Shown here: positions 10,069 to 20,158 of the stretch, piece after piece
How the letters are laid out: every line of letters begins with the position of its first letter
How positions within the stretch are numbered: position 1 is the stretch's first letter
Assembly (NCBI GenBank): GCA_963733055.1
Contig: CAVTBR010000002.1
Span: forward strand, 192,001-256,000
DNA length: 64,000 nt
Reading direction: 5' to 3'
Source: Candidatus Bathyarchaeota archaeon
Lineage (GTDB): Archaea; Thermoproteota; Bathyarchaeia; 40CM-2-53-6
Notes under the pieces: model-generated
Seen by the model: only the letters and a program-made list of their open reading frames with translations
Told to the model about the DNA's origin: nothing
Databases searched by the model: none
Translations under genes and position numbers: made by a program

Positions 10069-11086
10069 CTAACGTTTCCACATGGCAGGGTATGTGCCCC
10101 GGTCCATGATAACACGTTCAATCTTTACCGCCTCTCCCTTCTCTTGATCAAGCATTTCCCTGGAAGTGAGCAGCGCCCGTCCCAGGCCTACTGCCTCTCC
10201 CTTCAGAGTGAAGATGGCAACGAGTCTGTTTCGCTCGATCGCCGAATCCAATTGCAAGAGTCCTGGCAGTGCTAAGTCAGCACCATGGCAGACAGAGTCG
10301 ACTGCCGAGTCGCGGATGACAACCTTAGGAAGTGAGGTTAGCGCGACTTCCATTGGTTGGATAATCTTCATCGATGCACGGTCGTCACCGGACTCAAAGT
10401 CGCTCTGGGCCGCGCTGAGCTGGTGTAAGGTGACGAGCGTCGTGTCTTCCGTAAAGGGTCCCGCACGTGTTCTCCTAAGCTCTCGCATGTGCGCTCCGCA
10501 CCCCAGGACCTCGCCTACGTCCGAGCACAGTTTGCGCATGTATGTCCCCGCTTGGCATGAACATTTGAAGAGGACCTTCCGCCCATCGATCTCACACACA
10601 TCGAGTTGATAGATGAAACGTCTCCTAGTATCTCTCTTCACCGACACGCACACCGGGGGTTTCTGATACATCTCGCCAACGAACTCGCTCAGGAGATCGC
10701 GAATAGTGTTTTCTGGAGTGTCGGCGTGAACCTGCATTAGGCATACGTACTCCTTGCCTGAGAAGAGGAAACCTTGAACGACTTTGGTGGCTTCCTCCAG
10801 AGCAACTGGTAGGATGCCGGTTACCTTTGGATTGCCCCGACTATGAGGTCTCTAGGGTTCCGCCGTGACCGGCGTGTGAAAGTTTCATCATGCGCTTTAT
10901 CCAAGCCACCACTTCATGGCTGGATGGGCCTGGAGGTTTGTCCAGGTTAATGAGCCCGTACTTTATTCTCAGCTGTATCGGCCTGTCTTCGGGCCGACAA
11001 CCGTAGGTTGGGTTCGTCGTCTCCTCAACCTTCGTAATCAACTCCCTGTTCACTGCCCAAGGCGTGACAACCTGCAAACAATTCAC
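10069..11086 (-). CDS. cbf5: H/ACA RNA-guided pseudouridine synthase Cbf5 (TruB family) with a 19-nt BHB intron at 10833-10851
   Basis: NLDKPPGPSSHEV; GHGGTL-D-PKVTG restored by splicing; GTYMRKLC; C-terminal PUA domain. Confidence 0.93.
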
Positions 11087-11170
11087 CTCGCAGTAGGAGG
11101 TACTGGTTTGACGCTATTAAGGAAAGGATACGGTTTGACAATCCTATGCTTGCAAGCTGATTTCGTTTCT

Positions 11171-11467
11171 CTAGCTTGCGGCCTGGGGCCTCGTAGGCAT
11201 GGCGTCTTCTTTCATGTACTTCGTCTTCTTGCCCTTCGTAATCGCCTTCTCCACGTCGTCGTCTGCGGCGCCTTTCTTGAGTTCGACTAGTTCAGCTGTG
11301 GGTTCGAGATGGTCGACGTTCGTTCTCCTGCGTCTTACGCCCGTGACTGACTTTGGTCCAGTAACGAGCACGAAGTTCTTGTCGACAACGTCTACGACTA
11401 CGCATTTCTTGCCTGTTTCACGGCCTGAGAGTTTGACGCAGACTCTTCCTACTTCCATGCTGGGCAT
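11171..11467 (-). CDS. rpl14e: 50S ribosomal protein L14e
   Basis: EVGRVCVKLSGRETGKKCVVVDVVD, VTGPK, RRRTNVDHLEPT. Confidence 0.95.
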   Translation of the reverse strand: MPSMEVGRVCVKLSGRETGKKCVVVDVVDKNFVLVTGPKSVTGVRRRRTNVDHLEPTAELVELKKGAADDDVEKAITKGKKTKYMKEDAMPTRPQAAS

Positions 11468-11525
11468 AGATGATCACTTGGAACGATTTGTCGAAGTACT
11501 CGATGTTGGAATAAATAAGTGTACC

Positions 11526-12092
11526 CTAACTCGCCGACTCTTTCAGTTTCCCTCTTTCCAAGAGGAAATTGCGTACCGCGTCAATGATGTCCGTTTTCAT
11601 CTTTTCGATGGAGTATTGGCTCGTGTCGATCTTAAGGTCGTAAATGGACAGATCGGTTACGTCAATTCCGTAATATTTCTTGTACCGGCTTTGTTGGATG
11701 GATTCTCGGTTCTCAGTCTCTCTCTTCGCATCTGCCACGCTGCTGCCGTCGCGTTCTGCGATCCGCTTGAATCTCACATCATCAGGTGCAGTTAGCAGTA
11801 CCTTCGCGTCCGCAAGATCCCGCACCATCCACGCCCCGAGCTGCGCATCAACAACAACTCCTCCCTTCTTCGCCTCAGCTTTCGTTCGTTCATCTAGCAT
11901 CCGATCTATGGTCGGGTCCTCGGCCGCACGGTGGCTGAAGGCTTCTAGAGACATCTTATGCTGTTTCGCAAGTTCCCTGAACAATTCTCCAGCAGATACA
12001 TACCGGAGGTTTAGGGCTCTAGCCAGAGCTTTTGCGTAAGTCGACTTTCCCGTTCCATGGGGGCCACTCACGGTGACGACCGGCCCCGGCAA
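11526..12092 (-). CDS. cmk: Cytidylate kinase
   Basis: VTVSGPHGTGKST, SAGELFRELA, RYKKYYGID; canonical position between rpl34e and rpl14e. Confidence 0.92.
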   Translation of the reverse strand: MPGPVVTVSGPHGTGKSTYAKALARALNLRYVSAGELFRELAKQHKMSLEAFSHRAAEDPTIDRMLDERTKAEAKKGGVVVDAQLGAWMVRDLADAKVLLTAPDDVRFKRIAERDGSSVADAKRETENRESIQQSRYKKYYGIDVTDLSIYDLKIDTSQYSIEKMKTDIIDAVRNFLLERGKLKESAS

Positions 12093-12097
12093 GCTAC

Positions 12098-12358
12098 TTA
12101 CCCGACTCTTGCTCCTTGTCGAACCATCTCGCGGACACAGGCGTGACAAAGTGTCCCGCCGAAAGGTCTTGATGGCCGCTTGGAGGATTTAGCTCCCCCT
12201 CTAAGGGACTTGGGTTCAACGCCGCGTAGGGGCAAGCCGCACGAAGCGCATACGCCGCGGCCGCCGCCCACTCTATGATAATGAATTGCGGTCCCTCCAC
12301 CCGGGAGTCTTACATTCTTTCGTTTTATGTTTCGGTTACGAAGGGCTCGTCTTGGCAA
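12098..12358 (-). CDS. rpl34e: 50S ribosomal protein L34e
   Basis: VRLPGG, CASCG.PLRGV, KRPSRPFGGTLC..C. Confidence 0.93.
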   Translation of the reverse strand: MPRRALRNRNIKRKNVRLPGGGTAIHYHRVGGGRGVCASCGLPLRGVEPKSLRGGAKSSKRPSRPFGGTLCHACVREMVRQGARVG

Positions 12359-13066
12359 CTAACTATCACTCATCCCGATTCCGAAAACTCTCATCAGTGG
12401 AAGGTTTACCGAGAAGGAACAGAGGAGGTACCAGTAAAAGAACCTGAGAGAAGTGCCCATCATTGGAAGCGGAAACGGCGCAAATGCCACCGTGTTGGAT
12501 CCTAGGACAGCGTTCAACAGGTACCATATGAGAAGAAATGGAACGAACGTCACGGCGGTAACTTTCATTTGTTCCATGCTCGCTCGAGATTGTTGCTTCA
12601 TCATGCCTTGGCTTTTCTTCATGAGCTTCGCAGTTGTCTGCTCGTCCTTCGCCTTCTTTGCAGCATTCAACTCCTTCTGCCACGCTTGCACTTCTTTCAT
12701 GGTTGACCTAACCATATCGTAGTCCACCAACACTTTGGCTGCTGTGGACGAAATCAGCGCCATCATCGCGGCGATTCCGATCGTAAACAGGGTGGAGAGC
12801 GGGATCTGGGGTGGGTTACCGATATAGGGGGACAGGGCTTGTTTGACCCAAGCGACAATTGGAGTAGTAATGGCTCCTAAACCGAAGGGGGCGCTTGAGT
12901 TCGTGTTTGTTGTAGTAGTACTATTTGTCGTCGCGCTCTGATAAACGTGAATTGCGCCGGGAGTTTGGACTGAGGTTTGCTGAGCCGCGGAAGGTTGCAC
13001 TAGAAAGAACGTAGTTACTACCGCGATGAGACAAACGAGGATGATAATTGCTGGTCTTGGTTTCAT
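12359..13066 (-). CDS. EMC3/TMCO1 (DUF106) family membrane insertase-like protein
   Basis: TM, coiled coil, TM layout with FYWYLLCSF; canonical position after adk. Confidence 0.85.
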   Translation of the reverse strand: MKPRPAIIILVCLIAVVTTFFLVQPSAAQQTSVQTPGAIHVYQSATTNSTTTTNTNSSAPFGLGAITTPIVAWVKQALSPYIGNPPQIPLSTLFTIGIAAMMALISSTAAKVLVDYDMVRSTMKEVQAWQKELNAAKKAKDEQTTAKLMKKSQGMMKQQSRASMEQMKVTAVTFVPFLLIWYLLNAVLGSNTVAFAPFPLPMMGTSLRFFYWYLLCSFSVNLPLMRVFGIGMSDS

Positions 13067-13068
13067 GT

Positions 13069-13659
13069 TTATGCCCCGGCTAACTTGCGGACGGCTTCGA
13101 ACAACTCCTGCGCTGCTTGCTTCTGCTTACCTGCATCATTTCTTATAACCTTAACAGGAGCACCGGTGGCAACCGCGGAGGCTGCCGCAGTAGCCCTCGA
13201 CCACTGCAGGTCGAACGAAATATCCTCAACTAAAGCCTGTTCCCGCTTCCGATCCGAGTCAACCTTTCTCCGCCCCGCAATCTGCTCAGGATCCGCTTCG
13301 ATGAGCACGAACAGTCGTGGGTTAAGTCTCTGAAGCACGTTTTGGGGGAGGCCTGCCCACATGCCCACGTTAGTCCTAACGAACATGTGCGTGTCGACGA
13401 CAATTGTCCCTTGTCCCGCTCGGTTAGAGATTTCGTTGGCGGCGAGCTCCTGAACTTTCCGCTGAGTTTCGATGCCCTGCTCTCTCATCTCGTCCCTGTT
13501 CATCTCTTTCCCTAACTCGCGCATTATCTCATTCATGATCGTTCCGAAGTTCAAGACCGCTAAGTTAACCCGGTTTTGCTTCGCTAAGTCCTGCAGTTCA
13601 TTGAGAACGGTGGTTTTCCCTACGCCGGGAATTCCGGTCACTACGACCGTCCTTGACAG
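13069..13659 (-). CDS. adkA: Archaeal adenylate kinase
   Basis: VVVTGIPGVGKTTV, NFGTIM, RDEMR, VDTH; follows secY. Confidence 0.93.
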   Translation of the reverse strand: MSRTVVVTGIPGVGKTTVLNELQDLAKQNRVNLAVLNFGTIMNEIMRELGKEMNRDEMREQGIETQRKVQELAANEISNRAGQGTIVVDTHMFVRTNVGMWAGLPQNVLQRLNPRLFVLIEADPEQIAGRRKVDSDRKREQALVEDISFDLQWSRATAAASAVATGAPVKVIRNDAGKQKQAAQELFEAVRKLAGA

Positions 13660-13662
13660 CGC

Positions 13663-15078
13663 CTATTCACCCAAGAACCCTCTGGCGGCTGGGTAGAGTT
13701 CTGTAATCCGCTCTTGCACGAAGATCTGATAGTATTGCTCGATAATGCCCACTGTCAGGAGGATACCCGTCCCAGATCCAAATGCTCCAAGGAAATTCGC
13801 AACTCCAGCTATGAGGCCGATCAAGATAGCTCCTAGAATTGTAACAACCGGTATGTACCTGTCGAGAACCTGCCTTATTGGGACTTCAGATCGCCTGAAT
13901 CCCTCGATCTGCATACCAGAATCCAATAACTGCCTTGCAACCGTGCGAGAATCCATGCCTCCGACCTCAACCCATGTTACTGCGAAAAACACACAGCCCA
14001 TGATTAGCAGGCCCGCGTACACTACGGCTCTCAACGGGTCTGCAATCGTCAGGGTTAGGCTCTGGGGTGGGACCACGTAATAGACGAGCCCTCCGGAGGG
14101 TTGGTATTGAGTTCCTTGAACGGTGAATGTGCCGAGGAGGTTTAGCCAGAAGTTGGCGTTGAGGTTGTTGTACCTCTGCCAGATCAGCTGCGAGATGAAG
14201 TAAATGTTACCGAAGAGCGCTGCGGCAAAGATTACCGGAATGTTTGACACATAGAATAGCTTCAAGGGGAATTTCCCACGAAAACCACGGTACCTCGCAT
14301 ACGACACGGGGATTTCCACACGCATGCCGTTGAAGTAGATGATGATCGCGAAAACCCCTAGCGTAGTGAGAAAAGCCACCATATCGGGGAGCCCGCCGGC
14401 ACGCGCGAGGACACTTCGTACAGTGCCAGTACCGACTCCCTGAGCGAAGGCGATTACTGCGCCTAAGTATTTGCCGTCTGACATTGGTCCCATTGGCGCT
14501 ACTGAATCCCACCAGATTGTGGAAGCAACACCAGCGGCGATGAAGAGGCTGATTCCGCTTCCCAGTCCCCAGCCTTTCTGTAGAAGCTCGTCCAGTAAGA
14601 GTACGATGAGTCCTGCCGCGACTAGTTGAAGCATGATTACGATTTCTGTAGTCACCGGAATGGAGCCGTAGGTCCCACCGAGTATGTAGGCTGAGGCTTC
14701 GAAGACTGTCATGACGACTGAGAGGATTTTGCTCGCGCTTGTGAATAGTGACCGGTCCTCGGGATTGCTCATGTCAATGTTTACCATCTTTGACCCAGCC
14801 AACACTTGGAGAATCAGGCCTGCGGTGACTATGGGGCCGATGCCAAGTTCCATCAGCGTACCGCGGTTTGAAGCGAAGATTACTCTGAGCGAGCCTAGAG
14901 GATCGTTCAGCCCAGCGTTGCCGATTCCGTAGAGTGGGGTTTGTGACATTACGAAATAGATTATGAGTGCGATAGCGGTCCAGAAGATCTTCTCGTTGAA
15001 CGCAACTTTCCTGTCGGGCGATTTAATGTCGGGGAAGAACCTAGCAATTGGTTTGAAAAGTTCGATGAAACGGACCAT
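13663..15078 (-). CDS. secY: Protein translocase subunit SecY
   Basis: GTLMELGIGPIVTAG, GWGLGSGISLFIA, FYVSNIPVI, GSGTGILL. Confidence 0.97.
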   Translation of the reverse strand: MVRFIELFKPIARFFPDIKSPDRKVAFNEKIFWTAIALIIYFVMSQTPLYGIGNAGLNDPLGSLRVIFASNRGTLMELGIGPIVTAGLILQVLAGSKMVNIDMSNPEDRSLFTSASKILSVVMTVFEASAYILGGTYGSIPVTTEIVIMLQLVAAGLIVLLLDELLQKGWGLGSGISLFIAAGVASTIWWDSVAPMGPMSDGKYLGAVIAFAQGVGTGTVRSVLARAGGLPDMVAFLTTLGVFAIIIYFNGMRVEIPVSYARYRGFRGKFPLKLFYVSNIPVIFAAALFGNIYFISQLIWQRYNNLNANFWLNLLGTFTVQGTQYQPSGGLVYYVVPPQSLTLTIADPLRAVVYAGLLIMGCVFFAVTWVEVGGMDSRTVARQLLDSGMQIEGFRRSEVPIRQVLDRYIPVVTILGAILIGLIAGVANFLGAFGSGTGILLTVGIIEQYYQIFVQERITELYPAARGFLGE

Positions 15079-15084
15079 TCAATT

Positions 15085-15561
15085 TCACTTGTCGGCGGTA
15101 GCGGTAACTAATTCCCCGCCCGCATCCTTCAGCTTCTTCGCGGCGCCTTCGGAACACTCGTCTACCTTTACCTGAACGGGTCGCGATACAGAACCTGATC
15201 CTAGTAGTTTCCTGAAGCCAAGCTCCGTCAAATTCACTACCACTCTCTCTCCCGCTAACTGGGCTTTCTTCTCGGCTACAAGTCTGTCAACTAATCCCGA
15301 TAATTGCCACAGGTTCATTGTCCGTCCGGGATCTTTGCTCGCGGAAACTGGCGTGAAGCCTTTCTTTCCCTTGTAGTGCATATGCGCAAATTCCCCGGTT
15401 CTGATCAGTCTCGACCGCTTGTGTCTGTATCTTCCAGATATACCGGCCCCTCCCTGCATTCCGGTGCCCCTGTGTTGGCCAGAGGTACCCCAACCGTGAG
15501 TACGCGAAGCCCTGAGACGACGACCTTTTCTCAATCTTGTGGCCAATTGGGTAACCTTCAC
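15085..15561 (-). CDS. rpl15: 50S ribosomal protein uL15
   Basis: RASRTHGWG, GKKGF, KLLGSG, KLKDAGG. Confidence 0.93.
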   Translation of the reverse strand: MKVTQLATRLRKGRRLRASRTHGWGTSGQHRGTGMQGGAGISGRYRHKRSRLIRTGEFAHMHYKGKKGFTPVSASKDPGRTMNLWQLSGLVDRLVAEKKAQLAGERVVVNLTELGFRKLLGSGSVSRPVQVKVDECSEGAAKKLKDAGGELVTATADK

Positions 15562-15619
15562 TTAATCGTCGATCGAATGACGCGAGCTTCAGAAGTGCCT
15601 AAGATAAATGTTTCCGGCA

Positions 15620-16648
15620 TCAGGGAGTGAGCACGATCTTGCCACAATCCCCTGAGCCAACTAGTTTCATTGCATCGTCAAGTTGGTTGAGCGACATACG
15701 ATGAGTTATCAAAGGTCGCAGGTCAACTTTTCCCGATTTGAGGAGGGCCTCGAGTTTGTACCAGGTCTTGAAGATTTCGCGGCCCACAATTCCCTGAACA
15801 TGTGCCTCCTTGAAGATCAGATCGTCGCCAACGTTCAGCTTCACTTCCTTCGATGGGAGTCCAAACAAAATTACGGTCCCGCCATTACGCACCGACCGAA
15901 ATGCATTGCCAATGGCCGTCTCGTTTCCCGACATCTCGAGAACGACTCCTGCGCCGCGCCCTTCTGTATCCGCATGTATCTCAGCCACTGGATCTCGCTC
16001 TCTGGAGTTGATCGTCTTCGTGGCGCCCATTCGGGAAGCAAGTTTCAACCTGTAATCGTTAATGTCAACGGCGGTTACCGAAAGAGCACCAGAAACATTT
16101 GTTAAAGCTACTGCTGAGAGGCCTACTGGGCCGCAGCCGAAAATTGTGACGTCGTTTCCCGCGATGTCAGCCGCAAAGGCCGCGTGGACTGCGTTTCCCA
16201 AGGGTTCGAGGATCGAGGCGGTTTCGGTTGGTATTTCCGTTGGAATTGGCCATGCATTTTGCTCGGGGATCTTGACGTATTCGGCAAACGACCCATCCAC
16301 ATCGACCCCTATGATTCGCAGCCTTTCGCATATGTGCGAGTTACCGGTTCGACACTGGTAACAGGTGCCGCAAGCGATGTGGCTTTCCGCAGCGACCATG
16401 TCTCCTACTTTTCTCGTGGTCACGTCGGGTCCGGCTTCCACGACTTCGCCGGCGAATTCATGCCCGATAATGCGTGGAGGCTTAATGTGGGCTTGCGCCC
16501 ATTCATCCCACTTGTAGATATGATAGTCTGTCCCACAAACTGAGGTCACTTTCACTTTGACGAGAACTTCACGGTAACCCGGCTGGGGCCGGTCGGCTTC
16601 GATTTGCTTTAGCCCAGGTTCGGGGTGAATCTTCGCGAATGCCTTCAC
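15620..16648 (-). CDS. tdh: L-threonine 3-dehydrogenase
   Basis: CGTDYHIYKWDEWA, GHEFAG, structural Zn CxxCxxC, GCGPVG; adjacent to kbl. Confidence 0.93.
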   Translation of the reverse strand: MKAFAKIHPEPGLKQIEADRPQPGYREVLVKVKVTSVCGTDYHIYKWDEWAQAHIKPPRIIGHEFAGEVVEAGPDVTTRKVGDMVAAESHIACGTCYQCRTGNSHICERLRIIGVDVDGSFAEYVKIPEQNAWPIPTEIPTETASILEPLGNAVHAAFAADIAGNDVTIFGCGPVGLSAVALTNVSGALSVTAVDINDYRLKLASRMGATKTINSRERDPVAEIHADTEGRGAGVVLEMSGNETAIGNAFRSVRNGGTVILFGLPSKEVKLNVGDDLIFKEAHVQGIVGREIFKTWYKLEALLKSGKVDLRPLITHRMSLNQLDDAMKLVGSGDCGKIVLTP

Positions 16649-16759
16649 AATCGGTTCGTCGTCTTAACGACCCGCTCGACCTTTATGTTTTGCCTGCAGA
16701 TTCCAAGTGCAAACGTATTTTGGCAACTTCTTTGGATTCAAGCAACAGATGAGATTCGT

Positions 16760-17962
16760 ATGGTGCAATCAAGTTTCAAGAGAGACGCCCGTTCTTTCCT
16801 GCGCCGGGAATATGATAGGCTGGTTTCGGAGGACCTTGATTGGAGAATCAGAATCTTAGCAAGCAGTAGCGGACCTTGGACCACGGTATCGGACAGAAAG
16901 GTCCTGATGCTCTGCTCGAATAATTATCTCAACCTAACTAACCATCCCAAAGTCAAGAAAGCAGCTCTGGAGGCAATAGAGAAGTTTGGAGCCGGTTCCG
17001 GCTCTGTTCGACCGATTGCTGGCACCATGCAAGCGCATGTTGAACTTGAGAAAGCTCTAGCCAAGTACAAACATACTGAATCATCCCTTGCGTATTCGAC
17101 CGGTTTTGCCGCGAATGCGGGATTAATTCCACAACTCGCGGGTGAAGGGGATTTGATCATTAGTGACGAACTCAATCATGGGAGCATAATCGACGGCGTG
17201 CGTCTCAGTCGTGCTGAGAGAACCGTCTTCAAGCACCGAGACGCTGAGGATCTAAAGCGCGTGTTAGACGAGGCTGAACTGAAGAGTTACAAGCAAATCT
17301 TAATCGTTACCGACGGCGTCTTCAGTATGGATGGAGATATCGCACCTGCCGGCGAGATTGCTAAACTAGCAGCACAGCACGGTGCTATGACCTACATTGA
17401 CGACGCCCATGGGGATGGTGTCCTTGGGGACGCGGGACGAGGAATAACTTCCCACTTCCATATCGAAGGCAAAATCGACGTGGAGATGGGAACTTTCTCG
17501 AAAGCATTCGGCGTCGTGGGCGGCTACATTGCTGGCTCGGCGGACTTGGTAAATTATGCGTTGAACAAGTCGAGAACTTGGCTTCTGAGCGGCTCTCACC
17601 CCGCGAGCGTTGTTGCGTCATGCAAAGCGGCCATCGATGTAGTTGAGCACGAGCCTGAGCATTTGAAGGCTCTCTGGGAAAATACGCGCTACTTCAAAGC
17701 TGGGCTTGCCAAACTGGGCTTTGATACGGGTGCCAGCGAGACGCCCATTACGCCAGTGATCGTTGGCCAGAGTTCTACGGCAAGGAAGATGAGTGAAATG
17801 CTATTCGAAGAAAACGTATTCGCCCTTCCAATCGTGTTCCCTATGGTCGCCTGCGATAAAGCGAGGATACGGACGATTATGAACGCTGGGCATTCGAAAG
17901 TGGACTTAGACTTCGCACTTCAGGCGTTTGCGAAGATAGGTAACGCGCTTGGGGTAATCTAG
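16760..17962 (+). CDS. kbl: Glycine C-acetyltransferase (2-amino-3-ketobutyrate CoA ligase)
   Basis: CSNNYL, SDELNHGSIIDG, DGVFSMDGD, DDAHG, GTFSKA (PLP lysine); divergent from tdh. Confidence 0.88.
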   Translation: MVQSSFKRDARSFLRREYDRLVSEDLDWRIRILASSSGPWTTVSDRKVLMLCSNNYLNLTNHPKVKKAALEAIEKFGAGSGSVRPIAGTMQAHVELEKALAKYKHTESSLAYSTGFAANAGLIPQLAGEGDLIISDELNHGSIIDGVRLSRAERTVFKHRDAEDLKRVLDEAELKSYKQILIVTDGVFSMDGDIAPAGEIAKLAAQHGAMTYIDDAHGDGVLGDAGRGITSHFHIEGKIDVEMGTFSKAFGVVGGYIAGSADLVNYALNKSRTWLLSGSHPASVVASCKAAIDVVEHEPEHLKALWENTRYFKAGLAKLGFDTGASETPITPVIVGQSSTARKMSEMLFEENVFALPIVFPMVACDKARIRTIMNAGHSKVDLDFALQAFAKIGNALGVI

Positions 17963-17967
17963 TTCAG

Positions 17968-18606
17968 CTATGCGACCCAGTCTTTCGGAGTGACCATTCC
18001 GTAGGTACTTCGGAGTGCCTCGTACACCGCGAAAGACATTGAGCCCAGCGTGCTCGTCGATCCGAAACTTCTAGTCCAACAGTCCTTAACACCGGCTAGT
18101 GTGAGAATGATTTTTGGTGTTTCCCCTCCGACGAGGCCTAGTCCCCTAGGTCCGGGTAGAATTTCGAGTGCCACGCTACCAGTCTTGCCTCTGACTTTGA
18201 ATGGGATTGAATGTGCTTGGCCGCAGCGGCACTCCCAGCTGCCGCATCCGCGTCGAATTGGGACGACGCCTAGCTTTGCCGCTAGCGTTGCTTTGTCAAT
18301 TGCACTCCGTACCTGTCTAGCCTTACCTTGGCCGACGCCGAGAAAGCCGGTACCGTTTCCAACTGCGACCACCGCTTTGAATCTTGATTTCTCGCCTGCG
18401 TCGGTTTGCTTCTGCACAAAGCCTATTCCAAGAACTTCCTGTCTCAAGCCTGGCAGAAGTACGTCGACTATCTCAGGTTCTTTTATCCTCAGTCCTTGGG
18501 TGAAGATGTCCTCGAGTGAGACGATTTCTCCGCTCTGGACCATTCTGCCGACTTTTGTCTTGGGGATCCAGCCTGCTTCGGCTCTTTGGGTTTGCGCGGT
18601 CTGCAT
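17968..18606 (-). CDS. rps5: 30S ribosomal protein uS5
   Basis: WIPKTKVG, VQKQTDAGEKSRF, RRGCGSWEC. Confidence 0.96.
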   Translation of the reverse strand: MQTAQTQRAEAGWIPKTKVGRMVQSGEIVSLEDIFTQGLRIKEPEIVDVLLPGLRQEVLGIGFVQKQTDAGEKSRFKAVVAVGNGTGFLGVGQGKARQVRSAIDKATLAAKLGVVPIRRGCGSWECRCGQAHSIPFKVRGKTGSVALEILPGPRGLGLVGGETPKIILTLAGVKDCWTRSFGSTSTLGSMSFAVYEALRSTYGMVTPKDWVA

Positions 18607-18607
18607 C

Positions 18608-19051
18608 TTAGCGTCTCCTGGATAACTTGTGCGTGTCTATGTATTCATCCAAATGTGCTCCGCTCCGAAACGTTCCGCCTTTAGCCATGAGCGTTAGCTT
18701 CCTGTAAACCTGTGTGGTTATGAATCGTTTGTCACGCAATGTTCGAAGCCTTACCCGAATGGATCTTATTCGAACCACCCATCTTCTCTTCCGGTGGGTG
18801 GTGCTTCCCTTAATGCTCCCTGGGCCTTTGTGGCGCCCAGCCAACAATTCTTTTCGGCGGGCTCGTTTTCTTCCTCGACTGATTCCGATTTGGGGGGTTT
18901 TCTTGATGCTGCCTTCGTGAATGAGTTTGCGGATTTCTTCTCGGGTAATCGCCGATGACACCCTATCAGTGTCCTCAGGGTCAACCCAGACTCTGCTGAG
19001 GCCAACCCCTAGGATTTCGGCGGCCAACCGTCTCTGGCTTACAACGCTCAT
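18608..19051 (-). CDS. rpl19e: 50S ribosomal protein L19e
   Basis: QRRLAAEILGVG..RVWVDP, AITREEIRKLI. Confidence 0.96.
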   Translation of the reverse strand: MSVVSQRRLAAEILGVGLSRVWVDPEDTDRVSSAITREEIRKLIHEGSIKKTPQIGISRGRKRARRKELLAGRHKGPGSIKGSTTHRKRRWVVRIRSIRVRLRTLRDKRFITTQVYRKLTLMAKGGTFRSGAHLDEYIDTHKLSRRR

Positions 19052-19596
19052 TTCTTACTCCTCTTTTTGCCACCCTTTCCGGAGCGGCGTTTCTTAGATC
19101 CTTTCTTTGCGGGTTTTTCTGTTTCCTTCGTCTCTGATCCAGTCGTGGGTTCTTCTGTAGTTTCGGTTACTGTTTCGGTGGCTGGTTCGGTCGGCGTCTC
19201 AATGGTGCCTTCGGTAGGTTCCGCGGGTATTTCGGGGACGGTTTCGGCTGGTTTCTTGAGTCCGGGGTTTAGGATTCTGATGTTGGCTTTCTTTGCTTCA
19301 TCCACAATCTGTACTCGTTTGTTCTCTCCAACCGTATGAGCTATTCTTGCGGCTTGAGTCTTGGAGTCGATTCCCTCTAGGTCTTTTGGTCGCCATATCA
19401 TGACTTCCTTGAGGCCTGAGGGGTGACTGCCGCGTGTTGCCTTTGGTCTAGAGTAGCCTATCTTTACTACGGGCGGCCATCCTTCTTTGCTTCTTCTGAC
19501 TCGACTTGTCTTTCCATGGGGAGCGCGCCATGCTTCCTTTACTCTCTTGTAACGCCAGCTTTCCTCGCGGACGAAGCGGGGTCTCTTGTATGACAT
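19048..19596 (-). CDS. rpl32e: 50S ribosomal protein L32e with acidic/basic C-terminal extension
   Basis: RPRFVREESWRYKR, WRAPHG, HPSGL, IAHTVG. Confidence 0.93.
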   Translation of the reverse strand: MSYKRPRFVREESWRYKRVKEAWRAPHGKTSRVRRSKEGWPPVVKIGYSRPKATRGSHPSGLKEVMIWRPKDLEGIDSKTQAARIAHTVGENKRVQIVDEAKKANIRILNPGLKKPAETVPEIPAEPTEGTIETPTEPATETVTETTEEPTTGSETKETEKPAKKGSKKRRSGKGGKKRSKK

Positions 19597-20157
19597 TTAC
19601 ATGCCCTCCTTCTTTTCGAAGATGTATATCCCGTCCAAGAACACTCGCTGATCTTTGTCAGGTATCCTTGTTCCGTCTTGAATGTTCGCGGCGGTTTGAC
19701 TCACATCGCCGAGGCTGTTTCCTTGGACGTGAAGTTCGTCGCCTACGACTTTCACTTTGGCGTTTCCAACGATTCTGATGACTCGTGAGGTTTTCTCGCC
19801 CGTGAAGTTGTCTATTGTGAGTCTCTTCTCCTTCTCGTTTACCTTTACCGTCACGGGGAAGTGTGCGTAAACAATCTTGAGTTTGTAAGTATAGCCCGAT
19901 GTTACGCCGCGGATCATGTTTCGAACATGCGCCAGTGCGGTACCGACGAGTGCGACTTCACGTTTTCTAGCCCATGGCGCAAAGACTGTTAGCGTCTGAT
20001 CTTTCAGGGCAAATTGGACTGGTAGGTGTGCGAAGTCTTCTTCCAGAGCTCCCTTCGGGCCTGTGGCTTTGATTCTTCTTCCCTCGATACTTAGTTGAAC
20101 CCCTTCGGGGATCGGAAGTGTCCTTTCTGCTAATTCTGTGAGAACCAAGGTTACCAT
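19597..20157 (-). CDS. rpl6: 50S ribosomal protein uL6
   Basis: GPKG, NMIRGVT.GY.YKLKIVYAHFP, DQRVFLDGIYI. Confidence 0.96.
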   Translation of the reverse strand: MVTLVLTELAERTLPIPEGVQLSIEGRRIKATGPKGALEEDFAHLPVQFALKDQTLTVFAPWARKREVALVGTALAHVRNMIRGVTSGYTYKLKIVYAHFPVTVKVNEKEKRLTIDNFTGEKTSRVIRIVGNAKVKVVGDELHVQGNSLGDVSQTAANIQDGTRIPDKDQRVFLDGIYIFEKKEGM

Positions 20158-20158
20158 C

